A stretch of DNA of 46,026 bases from Stramenopiles sp. TOSAG23-2 (taxonomy: Eukaryota): the NCBI GenBank assembly GCA_900128395.1, contig LT649284.1, positions 1 through 46,026 of the forward strand, in the 5' to 3' direction. Below the pieces are notes generated by a model. It had not been told where the DNA came from. It was given only the letters and a program-made list of their open reading frames with translations, and ran no database searches. How positions within the stretch are numbered: position 1 is the stretch's first letter; the number at the start of each line of letters is the position of its first letter. Positions 13,114 through 25,580 of this stretch are shown here, in pieces. The position numbers were made by a program, and so were the translations under genes.

Positions 13114-15135
13114 TTATGTCCATATCTCCATCCCTTTCACTTGTTGATACCCGTTTGATCCATCTCTTTTATATTGTTCTATAGCATTTAATTGTGATAT
13201 CATATTATCACTAAGTTGATTATTAGATAGGTACAAGTACTTTAATGTATTGTTTGTTTTTAATACATCAATAATACTTTGTATTCCACCATCATCAGTA
13301 ATATTATTATTAGATAGGTACAATCCCATTAATGTCTTGTTTGTTTTTAATCCTTCACCAATACTTTGTACATTAGTAATATTATTATTATCTAGGTACA
13401 ACCACTTTAATGTATTGTTTGTTTTTAATCCTTCACCAATACTTAGTACATCAGTAATATTATTATTACGTAGGTTCAATGTCGTTAATGTATTGTTTGT
13501 TTTTAATCCTTCACCAATACTTTGTACATTAGTAATATTATTATTATCTAGGTACAACCACTTTAATGTATTGTTTGTTTTTAATCCTTCACCAATACTT
13601 AGTACATCAGTAATATTATTATTACGTAGGTTCAATGTCGTTAATGTATTGTTTGTTTTTAACAATTCACCAATAGCTAATGCATCGTCATCTGTGAGAT
13701 TCCTTCCACCCAAATATACTTTCGTCTTCCCATCAAATTCAATTTTCCATCTCTCCAAATTTTTGAAATGTTGAAAATTACAACCGATATTAATTATACC
13801 TATAATCTGATCTGTTGTTGGTCGTTCTTTTGCCTCATATTTCAACATACTTTCGATTATATCTTTACCTCTATGTGATATATTTTTTTTATTGTATACC
13901 ATAATCTCCCTTCGTTGAGGCGAATGCCAGTTAGTACCTGCTAGAGGTATACAATTAAATAAAGTAACAAACAAAACCATTCCTAAACTATAAATATCAG
14001 CTGCCGTCGTATAAGTTCTCCCATACACTGCCACCTGCACCTCTGGCGCAACATAAGCTGGTGTATGTACAATTGTTTTTGCTTTTGATACATCCGTATT
14101 TTCTCTAGCAAATCCAAAATCAACTAAATACACTGTCCCATCTTTACGAATCATAATATTCTCAGGTTTAATATCACGATGCATCATATTATTTGAATGC
14201 ATATCATTCAAGATATTTACAAGTTGCATAAAAAAATCTAAAATAGCTTTCTCATTTTTAACGACGCCTTCGCCATCGTACCAATTAAACTGATTGTTAC
14301 ATATAGCATCAAATAAATCACAACCTTCAATATATTCTTGTACTTCATAAATGCGAGTATATTGTATTGTAACAATTTGATTTTGACCTTTTCTAACTTG
14401 TTTTGTCAGACCTTGTTCTACAAAATGATCTTCAATTTTCGGAATACCAGGTACATTACATGCAAGCCCTTGTTGTAAGGCTATAGTTTTCATAATACGA
14501 TCTTTGTGAGACGGCTTTAAGTTGTCGTATATTTTCATAGCACATGTTTCGCCTTCCGCTAATTTATAACATTTATGGACCGTGCCTTGACCACCGCTAC
14601 CTAATTTTTGATTTAAATCATAAATATATTTTTTATGCATATTGTTATGTACTTTTGCAAATTGGTTGATTTCATCCCATGTTCGGTTGGTAGCCGCATT
14701 TTTCGACTTACTATCAGAACGATAAATATACACACCTTTTAGTTTGATATCATGAAAGTAAATATCAACTGGTATATCAGTATTTTTGTTTTTTACAATT
14801 AACTCTCCTGGTTTTTCAGGAGGTATTGCTAATTTGTAATATTCATCTTTATTACTACGCTTAGAACAAACAATTTTCATTTCTTCGCTTGTATTTTCAT
14901 TTTTCACGTAATACTCAAATTGATTGATTTTGTTAATTGATGAAAACAAATGAGTTTTAGTGCATAAATGCAATTTTGCATTAACTGCAACAGGTTGATT
15001 CAATATCCTTTGTTTTTCATCCTTTGCTATACGCCCACCTGTTTTGATGGAAGTCAAGGTAAAAATAATTTTCTGTCTTTTTGATGATGATGAAGAAGAG
15101 GGGGCAAACGATGGTCGTTTTACTAACGACGACAT
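13114..15135 (-). CDS. Ser/Thr protein kinase (CAMK-like) with C-terminal 26-aa RI-like leucine-rich repeats (intronless)
   Basis: LGSGGQGTV, AMK, HRDIKPEN, DFG, TPAYVAPE; repeats LKTNNTLxxLxLxNNNITxV. The likely ATG is at 15135 (MSSLVKRP); the ORF is open to 15243. Confidence 0.9.
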   Translation of the reverse strand: MSSLVKRPSFAPSSSSSSKRQKIIFTLTSIKTGGRIAKDEKQRILNQPVAVNAKLHLCTKTHLFSSINKINQFEYYVKNENTSEEMKIVCSKRSNKDEYYKLAIPPEKPGELIVKNKNTDIPVDIYFHDIKLKGVYIYRSDSKSKNAATNRTWDEINQFAKVHNNMHKKYIYDLNQKLGSGGQGTVHKCYKLAEGETCAMKIYDNLKPSHKDRIMKTIALQQGLACNVPGIPKIEDHFVEQGLTKQVRKGQNQIVTIQYTRIYEVQEYIEGCDLFDAICNNQFNWYDGEGVVKNEKAILDFFMQLVNILNDMHSNNMMHRDIKPENIMIRKDGTVYLVDFGFARENTDVSKAKTIVHTPAYVAPEVQVAVYGRTYTTAADIYSLGMVLFVTLFNCIPLAGTNWHSPQRREIMVYNKKNISHRGKDIIESMLKYEAKERPTTDQIIGIINIGCNFQHFKNLERWKIEFDGKTKVYLGGRNLTDDDALAIGELLKTNNTLTTLNLRNNNITDVLSIGEGLKTNNTLKWLYLDNNNITNVQSIGEGLKTNNTLTTLNLRNNNITDVLSIGEGLKTNNTLKWLYLDNNNITNVQSIGEGLKTNKTLMGLYLSNNNITDDGGIQSIIDVLKTNNTLKYLYLSNNQLSDNMISQLNAIEQYKRDGSNGYQQVKGMEIWT

Positions 15136-15968
15136 TGTTTTATAATTTTGTTTTTGTCTTGTGTAATATTCGTTATATTTATATATGATTCTTTTATTTG
15201 TATATGTTTTTCTTTTTTCTTTTCTTTTTTCCTCCCTCAACATGTTTATCGATGTTTACATGTAATTTTCTTAGTTTTAATTATTATTAAATCTTCTAGA
15301 TAAAAGATAAAAGTGGAAGGTCCCGTATTGGAATAATTCATGTACCATAATATGCCAATTTCAATAAAATAACATTTATCTTCGCTATCAAGCCGGGCAA
15401 GGTAAATATAAATATTGACAATATCATAGCATTTAATGAAGTTTCCTGATGGTTTTCTAAGTACAATATATGGTATAGTTAGCTATAATATCATCTACGA
15501 CTATATTACTGTCATTTTAATTTTCCAATAAGATAAAAGGATTAGTACTTGTCAAAAATCCTTTACGAGTTAATTGTTAATACCCCTTGATCGGCAATTT
15601 ATAATGAAACATAATGTATATTATTAAGCATAGGGGTGGTTTAATTGTGCAGAGGAGGCATTTTAGACGGCAAATTGATATAGTTAGGAGTAGGGTTTGG
15701 TGTTTGTCTTTCGAGTTAAATAGCATGGGAATATCATAGCAGGGCAAGATACTAATACATTTCTCGTTGAAATTCAAGGTAGCAGGTACATACCACTACG
15801 AAACCAATGTCTCCTGTCTCCAAAATACATATATCAATAGAAAACATATAGAATACACAGATACATATGGGTAGATATATCCAAATAGAAGAAAAAAAAC
15901 AAAGAAAAACAAATCTAAAACAAAGAAAACATACCCCAAAACAATTATTAAAAACAACAAATACCAAA

Positions 15969-16787
15969 ATGTCAAACGTTGAAGAACAAAAAGCCCCTGA
16001 AGTGGCTCATGAAACAAAACTCGATGTTGAATCACCACCAGAAATTAATCCTGGCGCAATTATTATTGCTGAACATGATGTTCAACCATATCAAAGATAT
16101 CGTGATGAGATGTCTCGCAAAAAAAGTAAACGCGTCAAAAAAGAAAAAGTTGGAAAATTTGTAAAAGCGTTTAAATATTTTTCATCTTGCTTCCGTGGAA
16201 AAAGTAAGGGTATACCTCAAATTCAATTTGAAGAAGCGAAAGATATGTTTATTAATTCGCACAATGCATTAGAAGAAGCCATTCATTCAGCATTTCAAAA
16301 AAATACACAATTGCAAGTAGATTGTGAACGTGAGATGAAGTTATTACGTAAGGAATGCCATGACGCAGTGGAAGATATGCAACAAGAAGTTGAAGCAACG
16401 AAACAAGATTGTGAACGTAAAGTGAAGTCGTTGCGTAAGGAATGCCAAGATCAAGTGGAAGGAATGCAACAAAAAGTTGATGCGATGCAACAAGATTGTG
16501 AACGAGAAGTCAAAGCTATTGCTGACGAATTTTATCGTTCGGTCCAAAAGTTCAAACAGCTTGTAAAGGAGACCCAAGATGATTTGCGTTCTGTTACATC
16601 AGCGAATGATGTCGTTTCAAATTCACTTGCTACGCGATTAATTGAGCTAGAAAATGGCTTAAAAGAAAGTTGTTTCTTGAAATTTTGCATGCAAGACCAT
16701 GCTCTTCCAGAGACACTTCCAGAATTTGAATCACCACAATTACAACAAGCGCGACATGTAATTCATTCAATTCGATGTCGTCAATAA
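15969..16787 (+). CDS. Hypothetical coiled-coil protein with 29-aa internal repeats
   Basis: Long ORF with diverged repeats DCERxxKxLRKECxDxVExMQQxVxAxxQ. The AT-rich leader before ATG 15969 looks like UTR. Confidence 0.65.
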   Translation: MSNVEEQKAPEVAHETKLDVESPPEINPGAIIIAEHDVQPYQRYRDEMSRKKSKRVKKEKVGKFVKAFKYFSSCFRGKSKGIPQIQFEEAKDMFINSHNALEEAIHSAFQKNTQLQVDCEREMKLLRKECHDAVEDMQQEVEATKQDCERKVKSLRKECQDQVEGMQQKVDAMQQDCEREVKAIADEFYRSVQKFKQLVKETQDDLRSVTSANDVVSNSLATRLIELENGLKESCFLKFCMQDHALPETLPEFESPQLQQARHVIHSIRCRQ

Positions 16788-17156
16788 TATAATTGATAAA
16801 GATTGTCAACGCCTTGTCGCGATATTAGCAGTAAAAAATTAGCTCCACAACTCCACAACTCCGCATGGATGCTTATGGCTAAAGTTTCTCCAAAGCCTAG
16901 ACAATGTCGGGGAGTTGCTAAATACTATCTGCGTGTATTTTTTACCTAAAAAATTATTTAAAAATCACGCGTCGTAAATAATGAATTTTTTTTTCGTAAA
17001 TGCTAACGCGTAAAATGCGTGTAAACGTTTTTTATTCCTACTCATAATTGCTACTCTCCAAATGGAAAAAAACTCTGTGTACCTTATCCTTGCTGCTGTA
17101 CACTTTTATTTTTACCAAAAACCAATGCCAAACGTCTTAATTGTTTTTTACAAAAC

Positions 17157-19421
17157 TCACATCACCACCTCTTCCTCCTCATCATAATTATCAACTTCAT
17201 CCTCCTCCCCACCCCCCGTTTCCTTCGCATTCGTCAATTCCAACACTCGACAATCCAACAACACAAGATCTTCCATAATTATCTTTTCCTCATCACCACC
17301 GTCACCACTTTTACCACCACCACCACCATTACTACACAGATACCCTTCAACACTCCCCCCCGGCATAAAATGATTTGGTAAAAACGTCGAATGTTTCAAT
17401 CCATTTGTATCGATTGCACCAATAATTGATAAATACGTAACCACCACTTCAGAACAAAAATAATTTGAATTTTGATCATACACCACCGTCTTTTGTTGTT
17501 GTGAAGAATTATAATTATTATTATTATTATTCTCCACCTCATTATTACTACTAACACCATCCTTCGTCGTAAATCCATTACTAACATTTTTAAAATATTC
17601 TAATAAACTAAATGAATATGCATTTCCTTTAATTGTTTTTAAAAATTCAATACCAGCATCCATTTTCGATTCTTTAATAGTAAAATGTTTTAATCGTCGT
17701 ATGGCAATTTTATCAACATAACCAGCTAAATAATATCCACGCAAACGTCCAAGTAATGAATACGTATTGACACCTTCTGCACTACTTGCTTCTAATATTT
17801 TCAATCCACTCATATGTGAATCTCGTACAACAACACCAATATGATCATATTCACTATTAATAGCCATACGTGTAAAACCACCAGACATATCACTACATTT
17901 AAAACAAATTATATCACCAACATTTACAAAATGTTTCAATTGAGAAATATGGATAACTTGTTTTCCATCTTCATTTGCACGACTAGCATTAACAACACCA
18001 ATAAATTCTAGTAATTCTACTGACCCAGATGCCCATGAGTGTCGCAATAATGCATTCATATATTTTTGATATGTCTTTATTCCATTATTATTATTGTCTT
18101 TTGTCAACGATGGTAACGTAACTATTTTCTCGCTTGGATGTATCTCACAATATTCATTAAATTTTTTACATAATTTCTCATGAAATTGTTTAAAATGATT
18201 TGAATGATACAATATTTTCCAATTCAAGGAACTATGAAAAATATGCAATTCATGACGTAAACATGGCTTTTTAAATACATCAATCGTTTTAATAATATTC
18301 ATATTACAAAACGTTAATCCAAATGGCAATTCACTGCAATGTATTAATGATAGATACAATGTACCCGTTCCAGTATTACTGATGTGTTCTAATGTAGATT
18401 TTTCATCAATTAACCAGGAATTTGGATGATCTGAATCGATAAAATCATTATTTATATCGATTTGATAACGAAAAATATATGCATCTTCCCCATTATCAAT
18501 TATATTTTGTAATTTTACATTTGGATGTATATGTAGTTTTTCAATTGCACTTTTGTTTTCTTCTTGTTGTGCCTCTTGTTGTGCCTCTTGTTGTGCTTGT
18601 TGTTGTTGTTGCAATAATATTAATGGGTTAATAACTTCGGTTGCTACATAATTCGAAGCAACAGGTTGTTGTTGCTTATAATTACTTTCACCGTTTTTTT
18701 TCACAATTAATTGTTGAATTTCAATAAAAATTTGTTGTTTTAAATTATATAATGCAAATAATGTACTATCCTCGATTGGTATATCAATAATACCTGAATT
18801 ATCTGGTAATTCCACTTTACATATATGTACAGTACTTAATGATTTAGCGTTTTTTACATTATATTTGCTAGTATTATTATTATTAGTAGTAGTAATTGAC
18901 AATGGCGATGAGATGGAGCCATAGATACCATTATCATATTGACGTATTTTACCATTTAATATTTGCTTAGTATTTATTATATCATTTGTTATATTTGTAT
19001 TATCAATATTGTTATTACGAAAATATTTTTCAAAACGCGTCATATCTTTATCATTGGATGTGAATATTTTATATACAATATTTGTTTCATCTTTTTCAGA
19101 ATCAATTACCAACATGTTTCGTTCATTTTCTGTACGTGCTAAATCATGATTATATATAAAATTAATATTTCGTATTGTATTTAAATCAATTAATTTCAAA
19201 TTTTTATTATTATTATTATTATTATTATTTGAAATTTGTTCATAAGATATATTGTTTCTATCTTTTATTTTAAACATAGAATAATTGATTCGTTTCTTCC
19301 AAAGTTTCGACATGTTGTTTATTAACATGTTTGTAATATTACCAGTTGTATGCACAGATACTTTACAATAATATTCACCAATATAATTTACATTAGTATT
19401 CTTATTCTTTTTTTTCATCAT
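17157..19421 (-). CDS. PX-like domain + permuted papain-like amidase (YaeF/YiiX, NlpC/P60 superfamily)
   Basis: GDIICF...YDHIGVV...ILEAS..EGV...Y...YFCSEVV gives the His-before-Cys permuted order. WKILYHSNHFKQFHEKL...LPSL...YMNALL...LLEFIG resembles a PX domain. Confidence 0.75.
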   Translation of the reverse strand: MMKKKNKNTNVNYIGEYYCKVSVHTTGNITNMLINNMSKLWKKRINYSMFKIKDRNNISYEQISNNNNNNNNKNLKLIDLNTIRNINFIYNHDLARTENERNMLVIDSEKDETNIVYKIFTSNDKDMTRFEKYFRNNNIDNTNITNDIINTKQILNGKIRQYDNGIYGSISSPLSITTTNNNNTSKYNVKNAKSLSTVHICKVELPDNSGIIDIPIEDSTLFALYNLKQQIFIEIQQLIVKKNGESNYKQQQPVASNYVATEVINPLILLQQQQQAQQEAQQEAQQEENKSAIEKLHIHPNVKLQNIIDNGEDAYIFRYQIDINNDFIDSDHPNSWLIDEKSTLEHISNTGTGTLYLSLIHCSELPFGLTFCNMNIIKTIDVFKKPCLRHELHIFHSSLNWKILYHSNHFKQFHEKLCKKFNEYCEIHPSEKIVTLPSLTKDNNNNGIKTYQKYMNALLRHSWASGSVELLEFIGVVNASRANEDGKQVIHISQLKHFVNVGDIICFKCSDMSGGFTRMAINSEYDHIGVVVRDSHMSGLKILEASSAEGVNTYSLLGRLRGYYLAGYVDKIAIRRLKHFTIKESKMDAGIEFLKTIKGNAYSFSLLEYFKNVSNGFTTKDGVSSNNEVENNNNNNYNSSQQQKTVVYDQNSNYFCSEVVVTYLSIIGAIDTNGLKHSTFLPNHFMPGGSVEGYLCSNGGGGGKSGDGGDEEKIIMEDLVLLDCRVLELTNAKETGGGEEDEVDNYDEEEEVVM

Positions 19422-20520
19422 TTTCACTAAATAAGTATTGATAATCCAAAGAAGAAAAATGAAAATTTACAATTATTAATTTCACAAAAAAAAAATAAAA
19501 AATAAATATTTCTTTTTTCTCACTACAAATTTGTTCAAGTTCCAATTACGGCAGAAACAAAATGTTGCAAACAATGTATCATACAATATATATATATACT
19601 ATAAAAAACAAAAAGACGACAATCCGATATGTATAATTTGATTCTATATAATATGTGCATATTGGTCTTTTTGCACGTTGTTTTCAAGTTTAAGGTAGAA
19701 TAATTTTCCAAGAATTCTGCCTAAAATTGGAAATCTCCTCCTATCAAATGACAACGTTGTACTTGAAAGGGAAATTAGAATAACAGGAAAAATACTATCA
19801 AGTCATCAAGTTCAAATATTTGTACTTGAAAGGGTAATTAGAATACTGAAATTCCTGTAGTTGCGTTTCTCTTTTTGCTTTTATTTATTTTAAAAATTAT
19901 AAAAGCCCCAAACTGGCAAAAACAAAAAATCACCAAAAAAAAGAAGGGGCTTTTACGCTTTTGCACCTTTTGCAAAAGTAAAAAGAGAGAAATTATTGAT
20001 TATTTTATGAATTGTATTTTCTATGGTGTACAATGGTAAAAAATAGTGCATAATGTAGTGATGTAGTGATTATTATAGCGGTAAAATATCGGGTATAAGT
20101 TAACTAACGGTGCGCACTCCAACCATGTAATTTTACATAGGGGTGACAAATTGATCATAGGCATATAACATTTTACACTTAAATATACCATTATATAAGT
20201 TGAAAAAAGAAGATCATTTAATCACACCTACTGTCTCCAACTCTTCTTTGCGCCTTTGCGGTTCTTTTGTTTTTCGGCAGTATTAGAACATTAGGTTATA
20301 CAAACAAAATAATAAGATAGTAATAGCATATAATAGTAATAATAGCATAATAGTAGTAGCAACTACTACTTTAACTTCAACTATTATTATTATTATATAT
20401 TATTATATATACATATATAGACTAACTGAATTGACCCTTCATCTAAACACACATACACACGCAAACAAATATACATCTATATATTTTCAGCTGATATATA
20501 ATAGACTCATATCGTGCAAT

Positions 20521-21903
20521 ATGAGTTTACAACTTACCGGCCGTGTGGAAACGCCAATGGCGAAGCGTAAATACAAAATACCAAAAGCAAAAAAAAGAGA
20601 GAAAAAAAAAGATGTTAATGATGTTACAGTCGGTACATTATTAAAAACAAGTCATATACGTGAGACTGGTAAATTAATGGATTTATTAACAGACGCAATT
20701 TTACGACGTGTAAAGAAAAATTCAAAAGGATTTGCTGATATATTTGGTAATTTTCACAAAGATCCTATGACTGGTACATCGTATATGAGTTATGATAGCT
20801 TTTGTAAAAGTTGTATCAATGTATTACGTCTACAGTTTACCAAAGCAGAATTAAAACAGTTGTTCAATGCAATAGATAAAGATAAAAATGGTAAGTATAT
20901 ATAGTACATAAATACTATAATGGTAACGATTCTGATGGATAACGTATCTCCTTAATGATCTCCTTAAATCAAGTATATATACTAACATAATATACATACA
21001 CAAATATATCTCATAGGAAAACTTGATTTCCAAGAATTCTCAAATTTAATTGCATCACACCATACACATATATTACGTTCTATTGACCATCAAGCAAAAG
21101 GGCAGTTGCGTAAATCACAAGCACAAACATTGCAAAAATTACGCCAAAGAGGTGCAAAGACTGTATCTAGTAGTAAATCAAATGGACCCGTTCAATCAGG
21201 CCATGCGCATGGGCATCGCTTGAATGTTGCAGAGCTTAAATTGCATTTAAAAGATGTCATTTGGGAAAAAACACAAGGCGATAAAAGTAGAATCAAACGT
21301 CTATTTAGAAACTTTCAAGATTCATTAGTACGAAATGGTATTACATTTCAAAGTTTCGTATATGGATTACAAACATGTGGTCTTCGTTCCATAACACAAG
21401 AAGAAGAATGGGCATTGTTCAATACGTGTGATAAAGATGGAAGTGGAATCATTAATTTAAAAGATTTCATCAAAGAATTTAGAACACAGAAAAAGCCAAA
21501 AAGCAAAACACATTCTACAGATTTATTTAAAAAAGAACTTGATAGATTTATTAGCAAAACGAAAGAACAACATGTTAATAACAGAATGAATATGAGTAAA
21601 CGAAAAAGTAATCGTAAATCACAATATAAAGTATTTACTAAAAGTCCATCTAATATTTCATTAGAAGAAACAAAGACAAGATCAAATGCAAGTATGAGTA
21701 GAGGCAATAGTATCAGTAGTATTACATTGGATGGATCATTAGCTGGATCGATTGAAACGACTAGTAGTGCATATAAAACAAATCGTTCATCCTACAAACC
21801 ACGTGTATTTTCCATGCCAAAACTGAGTCGGGCATGGGATATCGACAAATCAGAATCATTGTATAGTGTTAAACAAGCACCGTTTGGTAGTCGATGCATG
21901 TAG
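20521..21903 (+). CDS. EF-hand calcium-binding protein; exons 20521-20890 and 21017-21903
   Basis: DKDKNGKLDFQEF is formed across the intron 20891-21016 (GTAAGT..TACTAAC..TAG); a second canonical loop is DKDGSGIINLKDF. Confidence 0.85.
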
Positions 21904-22646
21904 AAAAAAAACTTACACGAACATGTGTCAGGAGAGAGAGAAAAAGGGGAGGACGGGAATACTATTATGTGTGAAATGTACATCTGAGGTATATGTTATA
22001 TATAGTGTTCCATGTTTAGAAAGAAGAAATTTAAACGCATTTTCATTGTAAAGAAGTCTTCATAAAATTTTCAATGTTTTATTAAAATATAAAATATATA
22101 ATTCAGAATAATTTTAGTTTTTCCTCTTTTTTCTCTCCTTACCAGGGTTTCTTTTCTTTTCCTTTGTTATACCACATCAAGAACATGCTCATTAAACGAT
22201 CAACGAAAAATATTAAAATTGGATTTTATGTACAATTAGTCTGGTACCAAATTATGGCTATATTTGATAGGCATAAGTACAACATGTATGTAATCTACTA
22301 TGAAATAGGATAAATGGCATTTTGATGAACAACAAATTTTTAATGTTAATTTTAGTCAGAATGGTCAAAAATGTGTCTAGGTGTCTAGGTACAGTATTGT
22401 CCTATTTATAGACTATAAGCTTTAAACAATAAATAAAAATCAATTTTTTCAATTAATCTCGTGTGTACATTATATACTTGTATAAACATCATATAAAAAG
22501 CCACACTACGCACTACACGCACGTTTATAAAATGAATTTATTATTGGCCACCTTCAATCTCTGCCTTTAAACGATCTAATAAAGGTGATTTAGCTGGTTT
22601 CTTACCAATTTCCAAGCACTACACGCACGTTTATAAAATGAATTTA

Positions 22647-25339
22647 TTATTGGCCACCTTCAATCTCTGCCTTTAAACGATCTAATAAAGGTGATTTAGC
22701 TGGTTTCTTACCAATTTCCAAACGTCTTAAATTTTCTTCTGTTAATCTACCTTCCAATTCTTCTGCTTGTAATTCTAACAAACTTTTACTAGTTTTTTGT
22801 TGTTTTGGTATCGCTCCCCATCCCATTTTCTTTGCAGGAGCTGCAGTTGCATTATCTTTCTTATTGTTATTGCTTTTTTTAACTTTTTTACTTTTATTAA
22901 CATTGTTATTATTTTTGTTATTGTTACTATTATCGCTATTGCCATTTGTTTTTGCTGCTGTCTTATTCTCCGAGGATGAAGCAACGTTATTGCCAGTAGA
23001 GGAAGATGATGAAGAAGTTTTGGTTGTTGGTGCGATGCCTAAATTAGCAGCTAAATTGCTTCCAAACATACTGTTACTACCATTGTCTTCCACACCTTCT
23101 TTTTTTGGTGGGTTCCAATGCCTTGCAACGTTGTCTCCAACGTTTAATTGAATGAAATTCTTTTTCAAATCTTGTAATAAATCCGACGTCAAACCATCCA
23201 AACTATCAATATCTTTTGCATGATCATCCCCAATAGCTTTGACAATATTGAATATTTCCATTGCTTTGTTGCTTAATGCACCGACGACACCTTCATCTTG
23301 CTCAATATATTGCGCCAATTGACTCTTTGTTCTTTCCAATTGTGAAACAACATTTGTTAATCCTAATGTTTTCATCGAAGCAATTTCTTCCGTCGTTTTC
23401 ACAATTTTCTCTTTGTTTTCCTTCACGCGTGTACGCATTAATGTCAAACATGTCAATTCCATTCGTGTATAACTCAATGCCGTGCGCAAAACATCATTTG
23501 AACTTTTGCTGATTGCATTGGCACCACCAGCTTTTTGCAATGCCTTTGCTAATCTGTCTTGCACTATCTTTGCACCTTCATTTCCATCTCTCGATTGTTT
23601 CGCTAATTCTTCATCGAATTCTCTGAAATCTTTTGCAATTTTAGATTGACTTTCCGCACGTCTTAAATGTACGGCCATCCCTTTGTGCTCGTTATCTAGT
23701 TTGGTCAATTTTGTTTCCATTTCCATATTGATGGCCTCTTTACGTGCAGTAACGCTTGATTTTGTACCATATAAAACATCTAATTCCCCTTGAACGCTTT
23801 CCAATTGTTGCATTAATTGTTTTTTCTTATCCTCCAATGTACTAATTGCATCATTAGCTTGTTTTTCCTCTTTTTCTAGTGGTTCGATTTTTGATTTATT
23901 TTCCGCACGCAATTTATTCAATTGTTTTTGTACTTCCTTTGCCTCTTCACCTTTTTGGTTGGATTCATTGATACGTTCAACGGACATGCCTAATGATTCT
24001 AAAATTCGCGCATCGTTTTTTTCATTACGAGCGGAAACCATTTGATTCTTATTACTACCATTATTACGTGTATTGTTCAAATTTGCACTACCAACTGCCT
24101 TTGCTAACCTTGAAGTATTTTTACGAATTAAATTACCTAAAACAATTCGTTCACATGCTAAATCACGTCTACGAAACGTATTTGCAATATTTTCATCACC
24201 ATTGTCGTTCCCAAACTCATCAGCAGCAACCACATTGGCTTGCATATGATCTTGTAATTTTTTCAAATCTTGTGGTATTGATTCTACTTGATCACCATAT
24301 TGCATAAATTCACTTAAACGTGATGATAATAAATTGGAATATCGTTTCACCACTAAACGCCATTCATCCTTATCCAAACTTAAATCTTTCAATGCTGTGA
24401 TAAATGATTTTAAATTAAACATGATCAATTTGCTTAACTTGTCTTTAAAAATGCATGATAATAATTTTGCCATTAAATTTATATCATTGGAAGATGATTG
24501 CTTTGTAGGTAAATAACGATCTGTTAAATAATTTTCCAACAATTGTGAAGCTGCTTTGCAACGAAACAATTCGATTAAATCATCTGGAAATTGCATACAC
24601 CAACGTGTTAATACTTCCATGACGGTACTGCATGGTTTCATTTTAGTAGCTGCTTCTAAACGATCTGCAATACTCGGTTCTTTATCGTTGTTACTATTAT
24701 CGTTTTGTTGTGTTTTTTTCGAATTATTATTATTCGAAACATTTTCCCAACCTTCATTATCAGCAGTATTGTTGTTGTTGTTGTTGTTATTGCTTGATGA
24801 AGAAGAAGCTGCACGTACTTGTTGATGATTTGTTTTATTGTTGTTGCTGCTGCTGCCATTGTTATTATTACTTTTGTCATTACTATTACTACTATCATCA
24901 ACATTGCTATTTTCTCCACCATCAACTGTTTTGCCATCTAGCTTTGCTTTTACACTTTCATAATCATCGTAACGTTCCCCACTTGTAAACATACTATCTA
25001 AACATTGATCAATTTTGGTAGAATCATATCCTTGTTTCATTAATTTTTGTTTCATTACAAATGCTGGGTTGTTGTTCAAGACACCGTTGCTACTTTTATT
25101 CGCAGCATTTTTTTTATTCTTATCACTTGATTTCTTTGATTTCTTTTTTTTCTTTTTTTTTTTACTTGTCGTTGTAGTAGTAGTTGACTTTTATTCGCAG
25201 CATTTTTTTTATTCTTATCACTTGATTTCTTTGATTTCTTTTTTTTCTTTTTTTTTTTACTTGTCGTTGTAGTAGTAGTTGGATTTTTATTTCCTTCCTC
25301 TTCATCGTCAAATCCATAAAATGCATTATTGGTTGACAT
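22647..25339 (-). CDS. Large coiled-coil, low-complexity hypothetical protein (frame broken by a 95 bp duplication at 25092-25281)
   Basis: An 810-aa ORF plus the upstream MSTNNAFYGFDDEE start. Collapsing the duplication restores one frame. Confidence 0.7.
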
Positions 25340-25580
25340 GATGTTTGTTATAGGTGATGATAATAATGGTTGTAAAAATAACTATTATTTTTTCTTGGTA
25401 CTTTAAAACAGAAAAAAAGGCAACACGCTCGGTATATATATCTCTCTCTCTCTGTGTGTTTATGTATATATTGTTATGTATTATGGTATATTCCAATATC
25501 TTTCGTTGTCGTCTATTCCTCTGCCCTATGTTGCAACCAACTGATGAAAGGTATATATATATGTTATTATTATTGGTCAA

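Noticed and set aside
19757-19845. Two 26-bp direct repeats with a 37-nt spacer (CRISPR-like dimensions)
   Set aside because: Only two repeats, no cas genes, and a eukaryotic context.
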